DNA of 64,000 nucleotides from Dehalococcoidia bacterium (GCA_034423135.1 DAOUJC010000010.1:12901-76900); one strand, 5' to 3'; counted from the first letter of the stretch, positions 47,946 through 60,653 are shown. Translations and numbers: made by a program. The notes: a model not told the origin generated them from the sequence alone.

Positions 47946-49403
47946 ATGACTACTTGCTATCCATCGCTGGAAGAGGTCAGGGAACTGTCGAAGCACGGCA
48001 ACCTGATACCCGTGTACCGCGAGATCAACGCGGACCTGGAGACGCCGGTATCGGCGTATCTCAAGATCGCGCAGGGGCCGTACGCATTCCTCCTGGAGAG
48101 CGTCGAGGGCGGAGAGCAGCTTGCTCGCTACAGCTTCATCGGCGCAGGGCCGTACAGGGTGGTGACCACCGGTCCGGGCCGGCCGCACGGCGAGGTGGAC
48201 CCACTCAGGATCATAGAGGAGGAGCTTGGACGGTACACGCTGGTCGCAATTCCTGGCCTGCCGCGCTTTCACGGCGGCGCAGTCGGATACGTTGCGTACG
48301 ACGCGGTACGCTACTACGAGCCGGTGCCGCCGCCTGCGAACGACCCACTGGGCCTGCCGGAGTCCGTGTTCATGTTCGTCGACACGCTGCTGGTATTCGA
48401 CCACGTGCGGCACAAGATCAAGGTGGTGAGCCACGTCCGGCTCGACGGCGGCAGCGTGGAAACAGCCTACGCAGACGCTGTCGAGCGCATCGAGCAGCTC
48501 GCCGCCATGCTCGACGCACCCCTCTCGGTGGAGCGACGCGGCCGCCTGGACGCCGGGGCCGGTGACTCGCCTTCGTACGCCTCCAACATGACCCGCGAGC
48601 GATACGAGGCGATGGTGGACCGCATCAAGGAGTACGTGTTCGCGGGCGATATCATTCAGGCAGTGCCGTCCCAGCGCCTGGCCAGGCCCACGCAGGCCGC
48701 TCCGCTGGACGTGTACAGGGCACTGCGCGCTCTCAACCCGTCGCCGTACATGTACTACCTGTCGCTGGAGGGCTTCTCCATCGTCGGCGCATCGCCGGAG
48801 CTGCTGGTTCGAGTCGAGGACAGGCTGGTCTACAACTTTCCGCTTGCCGGCACGCGACCACGCGGCGCATCAACCGAGCAGGACGAGGAGCTGGCGGCTG
48901 AGCTGCGCGCCGATGAGAAGGAACGCGCCGAGCACATCATGCTGGTGGACCTGGGTCGAAACGACGTCGGGCGCGTATCGCAGCCCGGCACCGTCGAGGT
49001 GACGGACCTGATGCGAGTGGTGCGCTACTCGCACGTCATGCACCTCGAGTCGGAGGTGCGCGGCAGGCTGCGCGACGACCGCACCATCTACGACGCGCTG
49101 CGCTCCTGCCTGCCCGCCGGGACGCTATCGGGCGCGCCCAAGATTCGCGCGATGGAGATCATATCGGAGCAGGAGGGCGAGCGGCGAGGCCCCTACGGCG
49201 GAGCGGTCGGCTACTTCAGCTTCAACGGCAACATGGACACGGCCATCACCATACGCACGATGGTGATCAAGGACGGCGTGGCGTATATACAGGCAGGCGG
49301 CGGAGTGGTGGCTGACAGCGTGCCTGCCAGCGAGTTCGAGGAGACGCTGCACAAGGCGCGGTCGTCGCTGCGCGCAATCGAGGAGGCAGAGCGTGGCGGT
49401 TAG
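47946..49403 (+). CDS. trpE: Anthranilate synthase component I
   Basis: Full-length chorismate-binding enzyme with TrpE-type motifs (LLESVEGGE, PSPYMYY, GTLSGAPK). Confidence 0.93.
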   Translation: MTTCYPSLEEVRELSKHGNLIPVYREINADLETPVSAYLKIAQGPYAFLLESVEGGEQLARYSFIGAGPYRVVTTGPGRPHGEVDPLRIIEEELGRYTLVAIPGLPRFHGGAVGYVAYDAVRYYEPVPPPANDPLGLPESVFMFVDTLLVFDHVRHKIKVVSHVRLDGGSVETAYADAVERIEQLAAMLDAPLSVERRGRLDAGAGDSPSYASNMTRERYEAMVDRIKEYVFAGDIIQAVPSQRLARPTQAAPLDVYRALRALNPSPYMYYLSLEGFSIVGASPELLVRVEDRLVYNFPLAGTRPRGASTEQDEELAAELRADEKERAEHIMLVDLGRNDVGRVSQPGTVEVTDLMRVVRYSHVMHLESEVRGRLRDDRTIYDALRSCLPAGTLSGAPKIRAMEIISEQEGERRGPYGGAVGYFSFNGNMDTAITIRTMVIKDGVAYIQAGGGVVADSVPASEFEETLHKARSSLRAIEEAERGG

Positions 49404-49431
49404 CGGCCAGGCGTGTTAGGGAGCCGGCACA

Positions 49432-50223
49432 ATGAATGACGCAGCGCCAATAGCGCCCCGTATCGCGGCCAAGCGCAGATGGCTCCCTACGGCCCTGCTC
49501 GCTCTGGGCGCGCTGATTCTCGTCATCGTGGTCGGGTACTTCGTGTACTCCCAGGTTGCGCGGTCCCAGCTGGACGACCTCAACTACTACGCGGGAGAGG
49601 AAGACACGGATCGCTCCAGGGATTACTCGTCGATATACCCGGGCAACCTCGTACCTGCGCTGGCATGGACTGACCCGCGGTGGGCGGACGTGGACTACGA
49701 AGGATACTCTTCGGTGCTTGAAGGGTTCACCTCACCGGCCGGCAGCGGACTCCCCGCGGAGCCCGACGAACTCAGCGCGCCGGTGCGAATCCAGATTCCA
49801 TCGATAGCGCTGGTCTCCACTGTCGAGGAGTTGGACGTTGTGGATTACGGCGATGCACTCGCTTGGGAGACGCCCAAGAACATCGTGGGCCACATACCTA
49901 CAACACCCAATCCGGGCACAATGGGCAACGTGTACCTGTTCGGCCACCTTCAGAGCCCCGTCCGTGGCGAAGGCTCCGTGTTCCGCAACCTGGCGAGGGT
50001 GCCGGAACTCCTACGCCAGGGCGAGAAGGTGTACGTCGTGCTGCGAAACGAGGAGGACAGGGAGTTCCTGTACCGGGTCACGCAGACATCGGTTGTGCAC
50101 CAGGATGAGTTTGCCGTCACGCCGTCGCCGGACGCCATTATCACTATGGTGGCGTGCGTACCCGCCTACGTGTACGACCACCGGCTGCTGGTCACGGCGG
50201 AGCTTGTCGGCGTGCGTGGCTAG
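49432..50223 (+). CDS. Sortase-family transpeptidase
   Basis: N-terminal signal anchor, with His (YLFGH), Cys (ITMVACVP, TLxTC-like) and Arg (HRLLVTAE) in sortase order. Confidence 0.75.
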   Translation: MNDAAPIAPRIAAKRRWLPTALLALGALILVIVVGYFVYSQVARSQLDDLNYYAGEEDTDRSRDYSSIYPGNLVPALAWTDPRWADVDYEGYSSVLEGFTSPAGSGLPAEPDELSAPVRIQIPSIALVSTVEELDVVDYGDALAWETPKNIVGHIPTTPNPGTMGNVYLFGHLQSPVRGEGSVFRNLARVPELLRQGEKVYVVLRNEEDREFLYRVTQTSVVHQDEFAVTPSPDAIITMVACVPAYVYDHRLLVTAELVGVRG

Positions 50224-50241
50224 GCGGCCTGCCCTGCCCGG

Positions 50242-52293
<2,052 letters not shown>

Positions 52294-52401
52294 TTACCCA
52301 TTGACGTGGCACAGCCCCAATTGCCTGCGCCGTCACACAATGCAAGAGCCGGATGAATGCGTATTTCGAAGCGACGCAGGCTCTGGAATATTGCAGGTTC
52401 A

Positions 52402-52430
52402 ATCATACCAGATTCAGGCATGATTGTCAA
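52402..52430 (-). promoter_or_regulatory. Candidate gyrB promoter (implies a 5' UTR of about 220 nt)
   Basis: On the minus strand: TTGACA, 17 nt, TATGAT, in an AT-rich patch. Confidence 0.45.
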
Positions 52431-52543
52431 AATTTTGTTCTCGTTTCACGGACGTGGATTACAGGTCTCGCGAGCGCCGTCGCAACACCCTTCGGGGCGT
52501 GCAACGGAACGCCCTCTCCGATGGCCGCGGTGAAGACTTTTGG

Positions 52544-52572
52544 GTTGCCAAACGGCCTCGCTGCGTGTAAAA
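52544..52572 (+). promoter_or_regulatory. Candidate promoter of the PEPCK-like gene
   Basis: TTGCCA, 17 nt, TAAAAT, followed by a leader of about 100 nt containing the hairpin CCACGAC-tca-GTCGTGG. Confidence 0.4.
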
Positions 52573-52680
52573 TAGCTTTGTCGCGCCCCTGCCACGACTC
52601 AGTCGTGGATAGTCCCTCCTTGAGGACCAGGATTACCCTCCCTTGATGGGACCACACTTGGATCAGGAGAGATTGGAAAC

Positions 52681-54966
52681 ATGGCAATTACCCAGGGGAT
52701 AGGGACGGCTCTCCAAGGCCCCCCAGTACACCCCGGATTCTCCAAGGCCCTTGACGAACTTGTAGCTACGGCCAAGAAGGGCCACTCCAGAGAAAGCCAG
52801 TTCTTCAATCCAGACAGCGAGTGGCTCAAGAGCCACATGCGCATCTTTCAGGACCTTCCTGCCCAGCAGAAGGAGCAGCTCCTCCTTGAAGCCGATCAGG
52901 TAACGCAGGAATGCGCCTGGCTCAACAGCGAGGGCAAGGCGGGCATCCGGGCGTGGCCGGACACGGTAGTCAGGCTCGACAGTGGCGGCGTGGGATTCTT
53001 CAGCCAGTTGGGCGTGGCACGTAGGCCGGACCTCACGCAGTACTTCATCGACGGCTTTCACCGGAACCGTGATGCCCTGGCCTTCAGCCACGAAAATCAG
53101 GAGCTCTTCGCCGAGATTCTCCCGTACATCACGGCGCGCATGAAGGAGTGCTTCGATGCCGGCAACACCATCGTCCAGACCGACCGCCAGATAGGCGACG
53201 CGCCCGGACGCTCCTTCCACGCCAGGCAGCTCCTGTTCGGCACCGACTACCCGCAGCTGCCCTACATGTGGCGACAGCTCACCTTCGACCTGCCTAACGC
53301 TGAACTCCAGCAGGAGCCTCACATCATGGAGGTCTCCATACCCAAGTGGCTGGACCACCTGGGCCTGCCGAGCGACCTCAAGCGGCGCGTGGAGGAGGCC
53401 GAGCTGACACAGCTCATCTTCAAGGCGCCCACCAGGGGACTCTCTCTTCACCTTGGTTTTGACTACATGGGCGAGCACAAGATGGGCCCGCTGTCCATCG
53501 CCATGTTCAAGGTGAAGCAGGCCAACGGCCTAGCGCTCCAGGCAGCCCTCAGCATGGCGCGCGTCCGCACCCTCCAGGGCGAAATCACCAACTCAGCCCT
53601 CGTCACCACCGGCCCCTCTCTCCACGGCAAGAGCACTCTCACCATCATGATCGAGCTGCATGAAAGCCGGCTCGCCTCACTGCTCAAACTTGCGGAGGAC
53701 TCGGAAGAGGGCATATACCCGATGAACGACGACATCATCCTGCTGCAGCCCCTCCAAGACCCGATTCAGGTGGAGCGCGGAGGCCGGCAGGTAACCGTCA
53801 CCCACAGCATAGACGGCACGGAGAACAATCTCTATGCGGTCCCGTTCGGGCTGACCCGGGAAGATGACCCCATCACCTACGACGTGCTGAGAGGCTCCGG
53901 TGAAGAGCCCAACCCGCAGGAGACACTGGAGAACGTGCCGTTCAAGCACGATGAGGGTGTGCCGGACTTTCTCAACAACCCCGTCCGCAACATGCGCATG
54001 ATCCTCTCCCGATCCAGGCTGCTGGCCCGCAAGGGCGTGGCGCACATGGCCCAGGCCTTCACGGGCGGTGCTCTGAGCGACTCGGTGCACGTGCCTATGG
54101 AGGTCACGGACAGGCTGCTGTGGCAGGGCGTCATGCGCCAGAACACCGTCGTACCTCCGCTGGTGAAGCTCACCGCCGAGACATACGTCCGCGCCCTCAT
54201 GTACGGGGAGGCCGTCCAGACCGGCGCGGCCACCGGGGCAATCGGCAGGCCGTACGTGGAGTACTTCTCGGACCCGTTCATCATCGGCCTGGAGGACGAG
54301 AACGCCAACCACATGTACTCCATCCTCAACAGCATCTCGGAAGGCGGCCTGGACCAGGAGTTCTACATGTTCAACACGGGCGGGCTTGGCGCCGAGCGCA
54401 ACGAGGAAGCCAGCGGGCCGTTGTACCGCAAGATCACGCGTGACCTGACCATGATGCTGCAAGAGGCGGTGCTCAGGAACGCAGTGAAGTTCGAGCATGA
54501 CCCGGTGCTCGGAGTGGACGTGGCGGTTGCCATCGTCGACGCCGACGGACGCGAGGTGCAAGACCTGCGCAGCGACTGGCTGCCCCGCGAGGTCTACGGC
54601 GAGGCCGAGTACCGCAGCCGCGTGCGAGAGCTGAAGCGCAAGCGCTTCTACGGCGACAACGAGAAGGACAAGGCCGGCATACTGCGCTACACCCGCGTCA
54701 ACAACGCAATCTTCGATCTGGACGAGATTCCGCCACCCTCAAACGAGCGCGAGCTCGCATGGCTGCTGTCGTTCTTCTGGCACGTGCAGCAGGCATGCAG
54801 CACACTCTCGGACCTTGCGGCGCACACCAGCGAGGGTGAGCGCCCGGCGGAGCACATACTTGAGGCCCTGACAAAGAAGTGCCGGCAGGGCGTGCAGGAG
54901 GGGTTGCAGATACCTCCCGACTGCCTTGAAACGCTTTCATCGCTGGGGATCTCAGAGCCGGGCTAG
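52681..54966 (+). CDS. Phosphoenolpyruvate carboxykinase (ATP)-like protein, atypically long and divergent
   Basis: The C-terminal two thirds carry PckA-like landmarks in the correct order: P-loop GPSLHGKSTL, NDDIILL, VVPPLVKLTAETYVRALMYGEAVQTGAATG, YMFNTGGLG. The N-terminal ~300 aa are unassigned. Confidence 0.55.
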   Translation: MAITQGIGTALQGPPVHPGFSKALDELVATAKKGHSRESQFFNPDSEWLKSHMRIFQDLPAQQKEQLLLEADQVTQECAWLNSEGKAGIRAWPDTVVRLDSGGVGFFSQLGVARRPDLTQYFIDGFHRNRDALAFSHENQELFAEILPYITARMKECFDAGNTIVQTDRQIGDAPGRSFHARQLLFGTDYPQLPYMWRQLTFDLPNAELQQEPHIMEVSIPKWLDHLGLPSDLKRRVEEAELTQLIFKAPTRGLSLHLGFDYMGEHKMGPLSIAMFKVKQANGLALQAALSMARVRTLQGEITNSALVTTGPSLHGKSTLTIMIELHESRLASLLKLAEDSEEGIYPMNDDIILLQPLQDPIQVERGGRQVTVTHSIDGTENNLYAVPFGLTREDDPITYDVLRGSGEEPNPQETLENVPFKHDEGVPDFLNNPVRNMRMILSRSRLLARKGVAHMAQAFTGGALSDSVHVPMEVTDRLLWQGVMRQNTVVPPLVKLTAETYVRALMYGEAVQTGAATGAIGRPYVEYFSDPFIIGLEDENANHMYSILNSISEGGLDQEFYMFNTGGLGAERNEEASGPLYRKITRDLTMMLQEAVLRNAVKFEHDPVLGVDVAVAIVDADGREVQDLRSDWLPREVYGEAEYRSRVRELKRKRFYGDNEKDKAGILRYTRVNNAIFDLDEIPPPSNERELAWLLSFFWHVQQACSTLSDLAAHTSEGERPAEHILEALTKKCRQGVQEGLQIPPDCLETLSSLGISEPG

Positions 54967-55095
54967 CCAGGAGAACCCAGTGGCATCGTTCCCCAATCCA
55001 GATTCCCCGCCAGAGACTCGCATTGCGCGTGCCGCGTATGTCTCCGTCTCGCACACGGTGATAGTTCCGCTGCGAACCGATGAGGAGGCCTCGCT

Positions 55096-55824
55096 GTGCC
55101 GCTGATTGGCGTGGCAGCATCGGACGCGGACTGGGCGCGAACCTACGTGGAGGCCGCCGAGTGGGGCGGCGTGCAGACGCGCCTCCTGCTGCCGGACTCG
55201 CCGGAGCAGGCCCCGGCCACCCTGGACTCAATCGACGGCCTGCTCATCACGGGTGGCGCGGACATCCACCCGCCTCGATACAACCGCGATCCCGACCCCG
55301 GCGCAGGCTTGGACGATCCCGCCCACGCGCAGGACGAGTGGGAGATCGCACTGATGCGGGGCGCTATGGAGCGCGACATGCCAGTCCTGGGCATCTGCCG
55401 CGGCATGCAACTCCTCAACGTGGTGAGCGGCGGGCAGCTCATCCAGCACCTGCCCGGCCATCGAAGGGAAGATGGCGTCCCCGGCTCGGCGTACCACCGG
55501 GTGTATCTGTCGCCCGGGAGCAAGCTGGCCGCAATACTTGGCGCCGGTGGATTCGTGCGAGTCAACAGCCGGCACCACCAGGGCGTGAGCGAGCCACTGA
55601 AGGCGCCCTCCCTCATGGCCTCCGCCTACTCCCTCGAGGACGGCCTCATTGAGGCGCTGGAGAGCCCGCACCACGACTGGGTCATAGGCGTACAGTGGCA
55701 CAACGAGAACCTGGAGGAGCTTCCACGCAACTTCGGCAATCTCTTCCTTGCGCTGGCGGATCGGGGAGAGATGTATTCGCAGATGAGGGCCGCCCTGCCG
55801 GCGCAAGGCGCGGCCTCGATATAA
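55096..55824 (+). CDS. Class-I glutamine amidotransferase / peptidase C26 (gamma-glutamyl hydrolase-like)
   Basis: [11 protein letters not shown], the nucleophile elbow [10 protein letters not shown] and GVQWHNE (His-Glu). GTG start. Confidence 0.8.
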   Translation: MPLIGVAASDADWARTYVEAAEWGGVQTRLLLPDSPEQAPATLDSIDGLLITGGADIHPPRYNRDPDPGAGLDDPAHAQDEWEIALMRGAMERDMPVLGICRGMQLLNVVSGGQLIQHLPGHRREDGVPGSAYHRVYLSPGSKLAAILGAGGFVRVNSRHHQGVSEPLKAPSLMASAYSLEDGLIEALESPHHDWVIGVQWHNENLEELPRNFGNLFLALADRGEMYSQMRAALPAQGAASI

Positions 55825-55846
55825 CCTCAGAAAAGAGGATGGATCA

Positions 55847-58300
55847 ATGGTAACACCTTCGGCTCACAACATTCGCCCTGTTCGCATCGAAGACGAGATG
55901 CGAAGCTCCTACCTGGACTACGCCATGAGCGTGATCGTCTCGCGCGCCCTGCCGGACGTGCGGGACGGCCTGAAGCCGGTGCAGAGGCGCATCCTCTACG
56001 CCATGGACGAGCTGGGGATGAGGGCAGGCACCCCGTACAAGAAGAGCGCCCGCCTCGTCGGCGAGGTGCTGGGCAAGTATCACCCCCACGGAGACAGCCC
56101 CGTCTACGACTCGATGGTGCGCATGGCGCAGGACTTCTCCATGCGCTATCCCCTGATCGACGGGCAGGGCAACTTCGGAAGCATCGACGACGACCCGCCT
56201 GCTGCCATGCGATACACCGAGGCTCGCCTCTCGGTCGTGGCGCAGCAGCTGCTCGCGGACATAGACCGCGAGACCGTGGACTTCACCGCCAACTTCGACG
56301 AGTCCCTCCGCGAGCCGCAGGTGCTGCCGGCCCTGCTGCCAAACCTGCTTCTCAACGGCGCCTCCGGCATCGCGGTCGGCATGGCAACCAGCATTCCGCC
56401 GCACAACCTGCGCGAGGTCTGCGACGCCGTCATCCACCTGATTGACCGCCCGGACGCCACCGTGGAGGACCTGGTCAGGTTCATCAAGGGCCCGGACTTC
56501 CCTACCGGCGGCATCATCATGGGCCAGGACTCCATCCTCAACGCCTACTCCACCGGCCGGGGACGCATCCTGGTCAGGGCCAAGGCCACTATCGAGGAGG
56601 GCGAAAGGCGCTCCGAGCGCCCGCAGATCGTGGTGACGGAGATCCCGTTCCAGGTCAACAAGGCTGCGCTGGTGGAGAAGATCGCACAGCTTGCCAAGGA
56701 CAAGAAGATAGACGGCATCAGCGAGGTGCGGGACGAGTCGGACCGTCACGGGCTGCGCGTCGTGGTTGAGCTGCGCAGGGAGGCCCAGCCGGAGATTGTG
56801 CTGAACAACCTGTTCAAGCAGACTGCCATGCAGACCGCCTTCTTCGTGAACACACTCGCGCTGGTGGACGGCCAGCCCCAGGTGCTGCCACTCAAGCGCA
56901 TGCTGCGCCACTACATCGACTTCCGCCGGACTGTGGTCACTCGCCGCGCCCAGCACGACCTCAGAAGAGCTCAGGAGCGCATCCACATCGTCGAGGGACT
57001 GAGAGCGGCACTGCTCAACCTTGACCAGGTGATCGTCATCATACGCCAGGCCGCCGACACCGAGACCGCGCGACAGGGCCTGATGGAGTGGTTCGGGCTG
57101 ACGCAGGTGCAGGCCCAGGCCATCCTGGACATGCAGCTACGGCGCATCGCCGCGCTGGAGCGTGACCGAATCGAGCAGGAGTACCAGCAGCTGCAGAAGA
57201 CAATCGGCCAGCTTGAGACGCTGCTCGCCGACCCGCAGAAGATCCTGGCGGAGGTCAAGAAGGAGACGCGGCAGATCCGCAAGGACTTCGGCGACGACCG
57301 CCGCACCGAGGTGCTGGACCGGGAGCCGGACGCCCCAACGCGGGCAGACCTGGTGCCTCACCAGGACGTGGTCATCACCATCACGCAGCGCGGGTACGTG
57401 AAGTGCATGCCCACCAGCACATACCGCGCCCAGCACAGAGGCGGAAGGGGCGTTGTGGGCATGTCCACGAGGGAGACGGACGCATTGCAACACCTCCTTG
57501 TGGCCGACACCCATGACACGCTCCTGTTCTTCACCAACCGCGGCAAGGTGTACTCCATGCGATGCTACGAGATTCCGCAGGACAGCTCACGCAACACCCG
57601 CGGGACTCCGGCCGTCAACCTGCTCTCGCTGTCCGAGGGCGAGCGCATCAACGCCGTTGTGGTGCAGACCGGCATCGACATGGGAGGCTACATCCTGCTG
57701 GCAACCCGCATGGGCGAGATCAAGCGCATGAAGTTCGAGTCTCTCACGAACATTCGCAGCAACGGACTGATCGCGATGGACATCGAAGACGACGATGAGG
57801 TCGTCTCGGCGTGGCAGGCCGCGGAGGGAGACGAGGTGGTCATGGTGTCCGAGATGGGCAAGGCGGCCAGGTTCGCCATCGACAAGGTGCCCGTCAGGCA
57901 GCGTCAGTCGGGCGGTGTAAAGGGGATGCGCCTTGTCCAGGACGACAAGGTGGTGTCCATGGACGTGGTGATTCCCGGCGCAAGGCTGCTGGTGGTCAGC
58001 CGCAACGGCCACGGCAAGCTCACGGCCATCACGTCCTATAAGACCACCGGCCGCGGCGTCATGGGCGTGACCACCCTGAAGATAACGGAAAAGACCGGGC
58101 CGGTGGCCACGGCGCACCTTGTGCAGGACTCCGCAACGGAGGTGATCATCGTCTCGGCGAAGGGCGTCATGATGCGTACGCCGCTGGCAGAGATACGCTC
58201 GCTCGGCCGCATCACGCAAGGCGTGAAGGTCATGAAGCCGGACGATGACGACTACGTGGTCACGGCAACCAGCATGAACGCCGGAGGGCCCTCCAAGTAG
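55847..58300 (+). CDS. gyrA: DNA gyrase subunit A
   Basis: Active-site [10 protein letters not shown], a QRDR-like GKYHPHGDS and C-terminal beta-pinwheel repeats. Confidence 0.95.
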   Translation: MVTPSAHNIRPVRIEDEMRSSYLDYAMSVIVSRALPDVRDGLKPVQRRILYAMDELGMRAGTPYKKSARLVGEVLGKYHPHGDSPVYDSMVRMAQDFSMRYPLIDGQGNFGSIDDDPPAAMRYTEARLSVVAQQLLADIDRETVDFTANFDESLREPQVLPALLPNLLLNGASGIAVGMATSIPPHNLREVCDAVIHLIDRPDATVEDLVRFIKGPDFPTGGIIMGQDSILNAYSTGRGRILVRAKATIEEGERRSERPQIVVTEIPFQVNKAALVEKIAQLAKDKKIDGISEVRDESDRHGLRVVVELRREAQPEIVLNNLFKQTAMQTAFFVNTLALVDGQPQVLPLKRMLRHYIDFRRTVVTRRAQHDLRRAQERIHIVEGLRAALLNLDQVIVIIRQAADTETARQGLMEWFGLTQVQAQAILDMQLRRIAALERDRIEQEYQQLQKTIGQLETLLADPQKILAEVKKETRQIRKDFGDDRRTEVLDREPDAPTRADLVPHQDVVITITQRGYVKCMPTSTYRAQHRGGRGVVGMSTRETDALQHLLVADTHDTLLFFTNRGKVYSMRCYEIPQDSSRNTRGTPAVNLLSLSEGERINAVVVQTGIDMGGYILLATRMGEIKRMKFESLTNIRSNGLIAMDIEDDDEVVSAWQAAEGDEVVMVSEMGKAARFAIDKVPVRQRQSGGVKGMRLVQDDKVVSMDVVIPGARLLVVSRNGHGKLTAITSYKTTGRGVMGVTTLKITEKTGPVATAHLVQDSATEVIIVSAKGVMMRTPLAEIRSLGRITQGVKVMKPDDDDYVVTATSMNAGGPSK

Positions 58301-58315
58301 GCGTACCTGCGACTG

Positions 58316-59698
58316 CTAACCCCGCAGCCTGAGATACCTGAACAGGAGCGGGTGGCACTCCCTTGCCAGGTCAAGGGCCTGCTGCATCACCCGACGCAGG
58401 GTGAAGTGCGCCTGCGGGCTGGTGCGCAGCTTGAACAGGTGGTAGCACTCGCGCAGGTTCAGCTTGGAAAGCACGCGCCTCAGGTGAGCGTGCGTCACCA
58501 GATAGGCTGCTACGTCGGCAGATGATGTGGCGACGCGATGGTAACCCTCCGCCGCTGCTTCCATCGCATCCCTGAACTGCTGCTCCAGCCCGGCCTCCAG
58601 CACGACTTCCGGGACGATGTACCCCAGGTCAACCGTGGCGGGCTGCGCCAGGTAAGTCTGCATGCGGTGGCGCTTGAACTCGCGGTAGGCGCCGTAGTCC
58701 ATCACGAGGTCGAAGGTGTAGTCCACCACCTCCAGCTCCCTCAGCGGGATGTCGTGCGGGCCCAGCCTGTCGAGCGCATCGTGTACCACGGCCTCCAACT
58801 GCGACCGGTCCATCCGCTGCACGCGCTCCCACACCTCCGCGTACGGCATCGGCGAGAACCGGAACAGCAAGGCGGCGGCTAGCTTATGCTCAGCCTGCGC
58901 GTCGAAGTGGACCAGCTCAGCACGGCAATCGTCCATGCTTCCGCCGCCGTCGCTGGCCAGTGCCTGAGACTCCTGTGCCTGGCGCGTGAGCGCGATGTAC
59001 TCGTTGTAGTCGGCGTACTTGATGAGCGTGGGCGTGATCTCCCGGCCCTTGACCTTCAGCTCATCGCCTATCTCCCTCTCCTCGGCAAGCTGTGACGACA
59101 GAAGTTTGCGAATCGCGTGCTCCATGGAGCGGGCGTTCAGCGTGACGCCTACGTTGGTGAGAGTGGCCGCGGGCAGCAGAAAGCGAGCCGCGTCCGTGGC
59201 CACACGCCTGAGCCTCAGGTTGTAGGCGCCTTCGCGCTCGCGCTCATTGCGTGGCGTGACGTTGCGCAGGTGGGCCAGCAGCCCGTCGACAGTCTCCTCA
59301 TACGCCGCGAACAGCGCGTCGCATGTGCTGACGTAGACCTCTCGCAGCGATGAGTCCTCGTCCAGCTCACTGGGCAAGTGGTAGTGGCCCCGTTCCAGCA
59401 CCTGGTAGCGGGATGACTTCTCCGTATAGGAAGCCAGCCGGTTGTCCTCCAGGGTGTCGCATGCCAGGCGGGAGACGTTCTCCACGGCCATGTGCAGCAC
59501 GGCGTGCTCCGCAACGGAAGCGTGCCCGTAGTTGAGCACCCATCGCTCGTGGAAGTCGGCGGCCCGCTCCTCGGTCACCTGCCGCGCGATCTCGTCGAAT
59601 GGCTGGGGATTGCGCGACGTCATCGCGAACGCGACCGCAAGCTGCTCCTCCGTCAGCTCGCGCGGGTCGAGTGGGTAGATTCGCCTGGATAGCTCCAT
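58316..59698 (-). CDS. thyX: FAD-dependent thymidylate synthase ThyX, tandem two-domain form
   Basis: Two Thy1-like halves. The first has GHASVAEH...DNRLASYTEKSSRY (SxRY kept, RHR lost). The second has YREFKRHRMQTY (RHR kept, SxRY lost). Confidence 0.75.
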   Translation of the reverse strand: MELSRRIYPLDPRELTEEQLAVAFAMTSRNPQPFDEIARQVTEERAADFHERWVLNYGHASVAEHAVLHMAVENVSRLACDTLEDNRLASYTEKSSRYQVLERGHYHLPSELDEDSSLREVYVSTCDALFAAYEETVDGLLAHLRNVTPRNEREREGAYNLRLRRVATDAARFLLPAATLTNVGVTLNARSMEHAIRKLLSSQLAEEREIGDELKVKGREITPTLIKYADYNEYIALTRQAQESQALASDGGGSMDDCRAELVHFDAQAEHKLAAALLFRFSPMPYAEVWERVQRMDRSQLEAVVHDALDRLGPHDIPLRELEVVDYTFDLVMDYGAYREFKRHRMQTYLAQPATVDLGYIVPEVVLEAGLEQQFRDAMEAAAEGYHRVATSSADVAAYLVTHAHLRRVLSKLNLRECYHLFKLRTSPQAHFTLRRVMQQALDLARECHPLLFRYLRLRG

Positions 59699-59798
59699 GT
59701 TCGCGCCTGTGATGATACACCAGGACGCTGGCGCAAGAGAATAGGAATGCGACCGCGGGAAAGGGATTCGCTCTTGCGAGTCTCGGAGCGGCGGGGTG

Positions 59799-60653
59799 CT
59801 AGAAGCCGGGCTGCTCCTCCAGGTCGTCTGCGGAGGATGGCACGGGTTCCTCTTCGTCCGAGGGCGGCGCGGCTATGGTCATCTCGCCCTCTTCGTCCCA
59901 GTCGATGATGGGCGGCCGGTCAAGCTCGATCTCCTCATCTTCGAGGTCGATCTCCGCCGGCAATGGCGGACCACCCAGGTAGGAGTAGACGCCACCCATC
60001 GGCTGCTTGTACGGGAACGATACGATGCCCTGCTGACTGCTGTGCTGATACGTCTCCCTGATCATGATGACCAGGCTGTCCTCCTGCACGGAGGTCACCG
60101 CCGCCTCGTAGCGGTTGCCGCCCTCCATGAGGCGAGCCAGTCGCTGCCCCTGTTTCGGCTCCACCTCTCCCAGGTACAGCCCCTCCGCGCTCTCCACGGT
60201 GAGGCCTCCGCCGGTCACACGTAGCTGCACGGCGTCGCCGGGGGCGACGTGTAGGTGTGCGCCGTCGGGAGGCAGCCGCGTCAGCGATATGGAGCCTGAC
60301 TTGCCGCGCTCCTCGATGAAGAGCTGGAGTGTCGCCTTGGAGCCTTGTCGCGGCACCGGAGCGTCCTCACTCAGCTGGTCCAGCCTTCGCAGGTTCTTGC
60401 GGGCGATGCTGTTGGCGGGCGAAATCTCCAGGGTGCGGCCGAAAGCTGCCTTAGCCTCTCTGTAGAGACCAAGCTCAGAGAAGGCCTTGCCCAGTCGGTT
60501 GTGTGCCTCCACGTCCCGCGGGAACTCGTCGATTATCTCGCGGTTGAGGTCCACCGCCTCCTGCCAGCGGCTGGAAAGGGCAAGCGCGATAGCCTCCTTG
60601 GCCTTGTCCCTCTTCTTGCGCGCCTTGCTTTCGCTATCCAGGATCATGTGCAC
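59799..60653 (-). CDS. TPR-repeat protein with an acidic C-terminal tail
   Basis: TPR-like helices (EAHNRLGKAFSELGLYREAKAAFGRTLEISP) and a C-terminus rich in D/E. Confidence 0.65.
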   Translation of the reverse strand: MHMILDSESKARKKRDKAKEAIALALSSRWQEAVDLNREIIDEFPRDVEAHNRLGKAFSELGLYREAKAAFGRTLEISPANSIARKNLRRLDQLSEDAPVPRQGSKATLQLFIEERGKSGSISLTRLPPDGAHLHVAPGDAVQLRVTGGGLTVESAEGLYLGEVEPKQGQRLARLMEGGNRYEAAVTSVQEDSLVIMIRETYQHSSQQGIVSFPYKQPMGGVYSYLGGPPLPAEIDLEDEEIELDRPPIIDWDEEGEMTIAAPPSDEEEPVPSSADDLEEQPGF

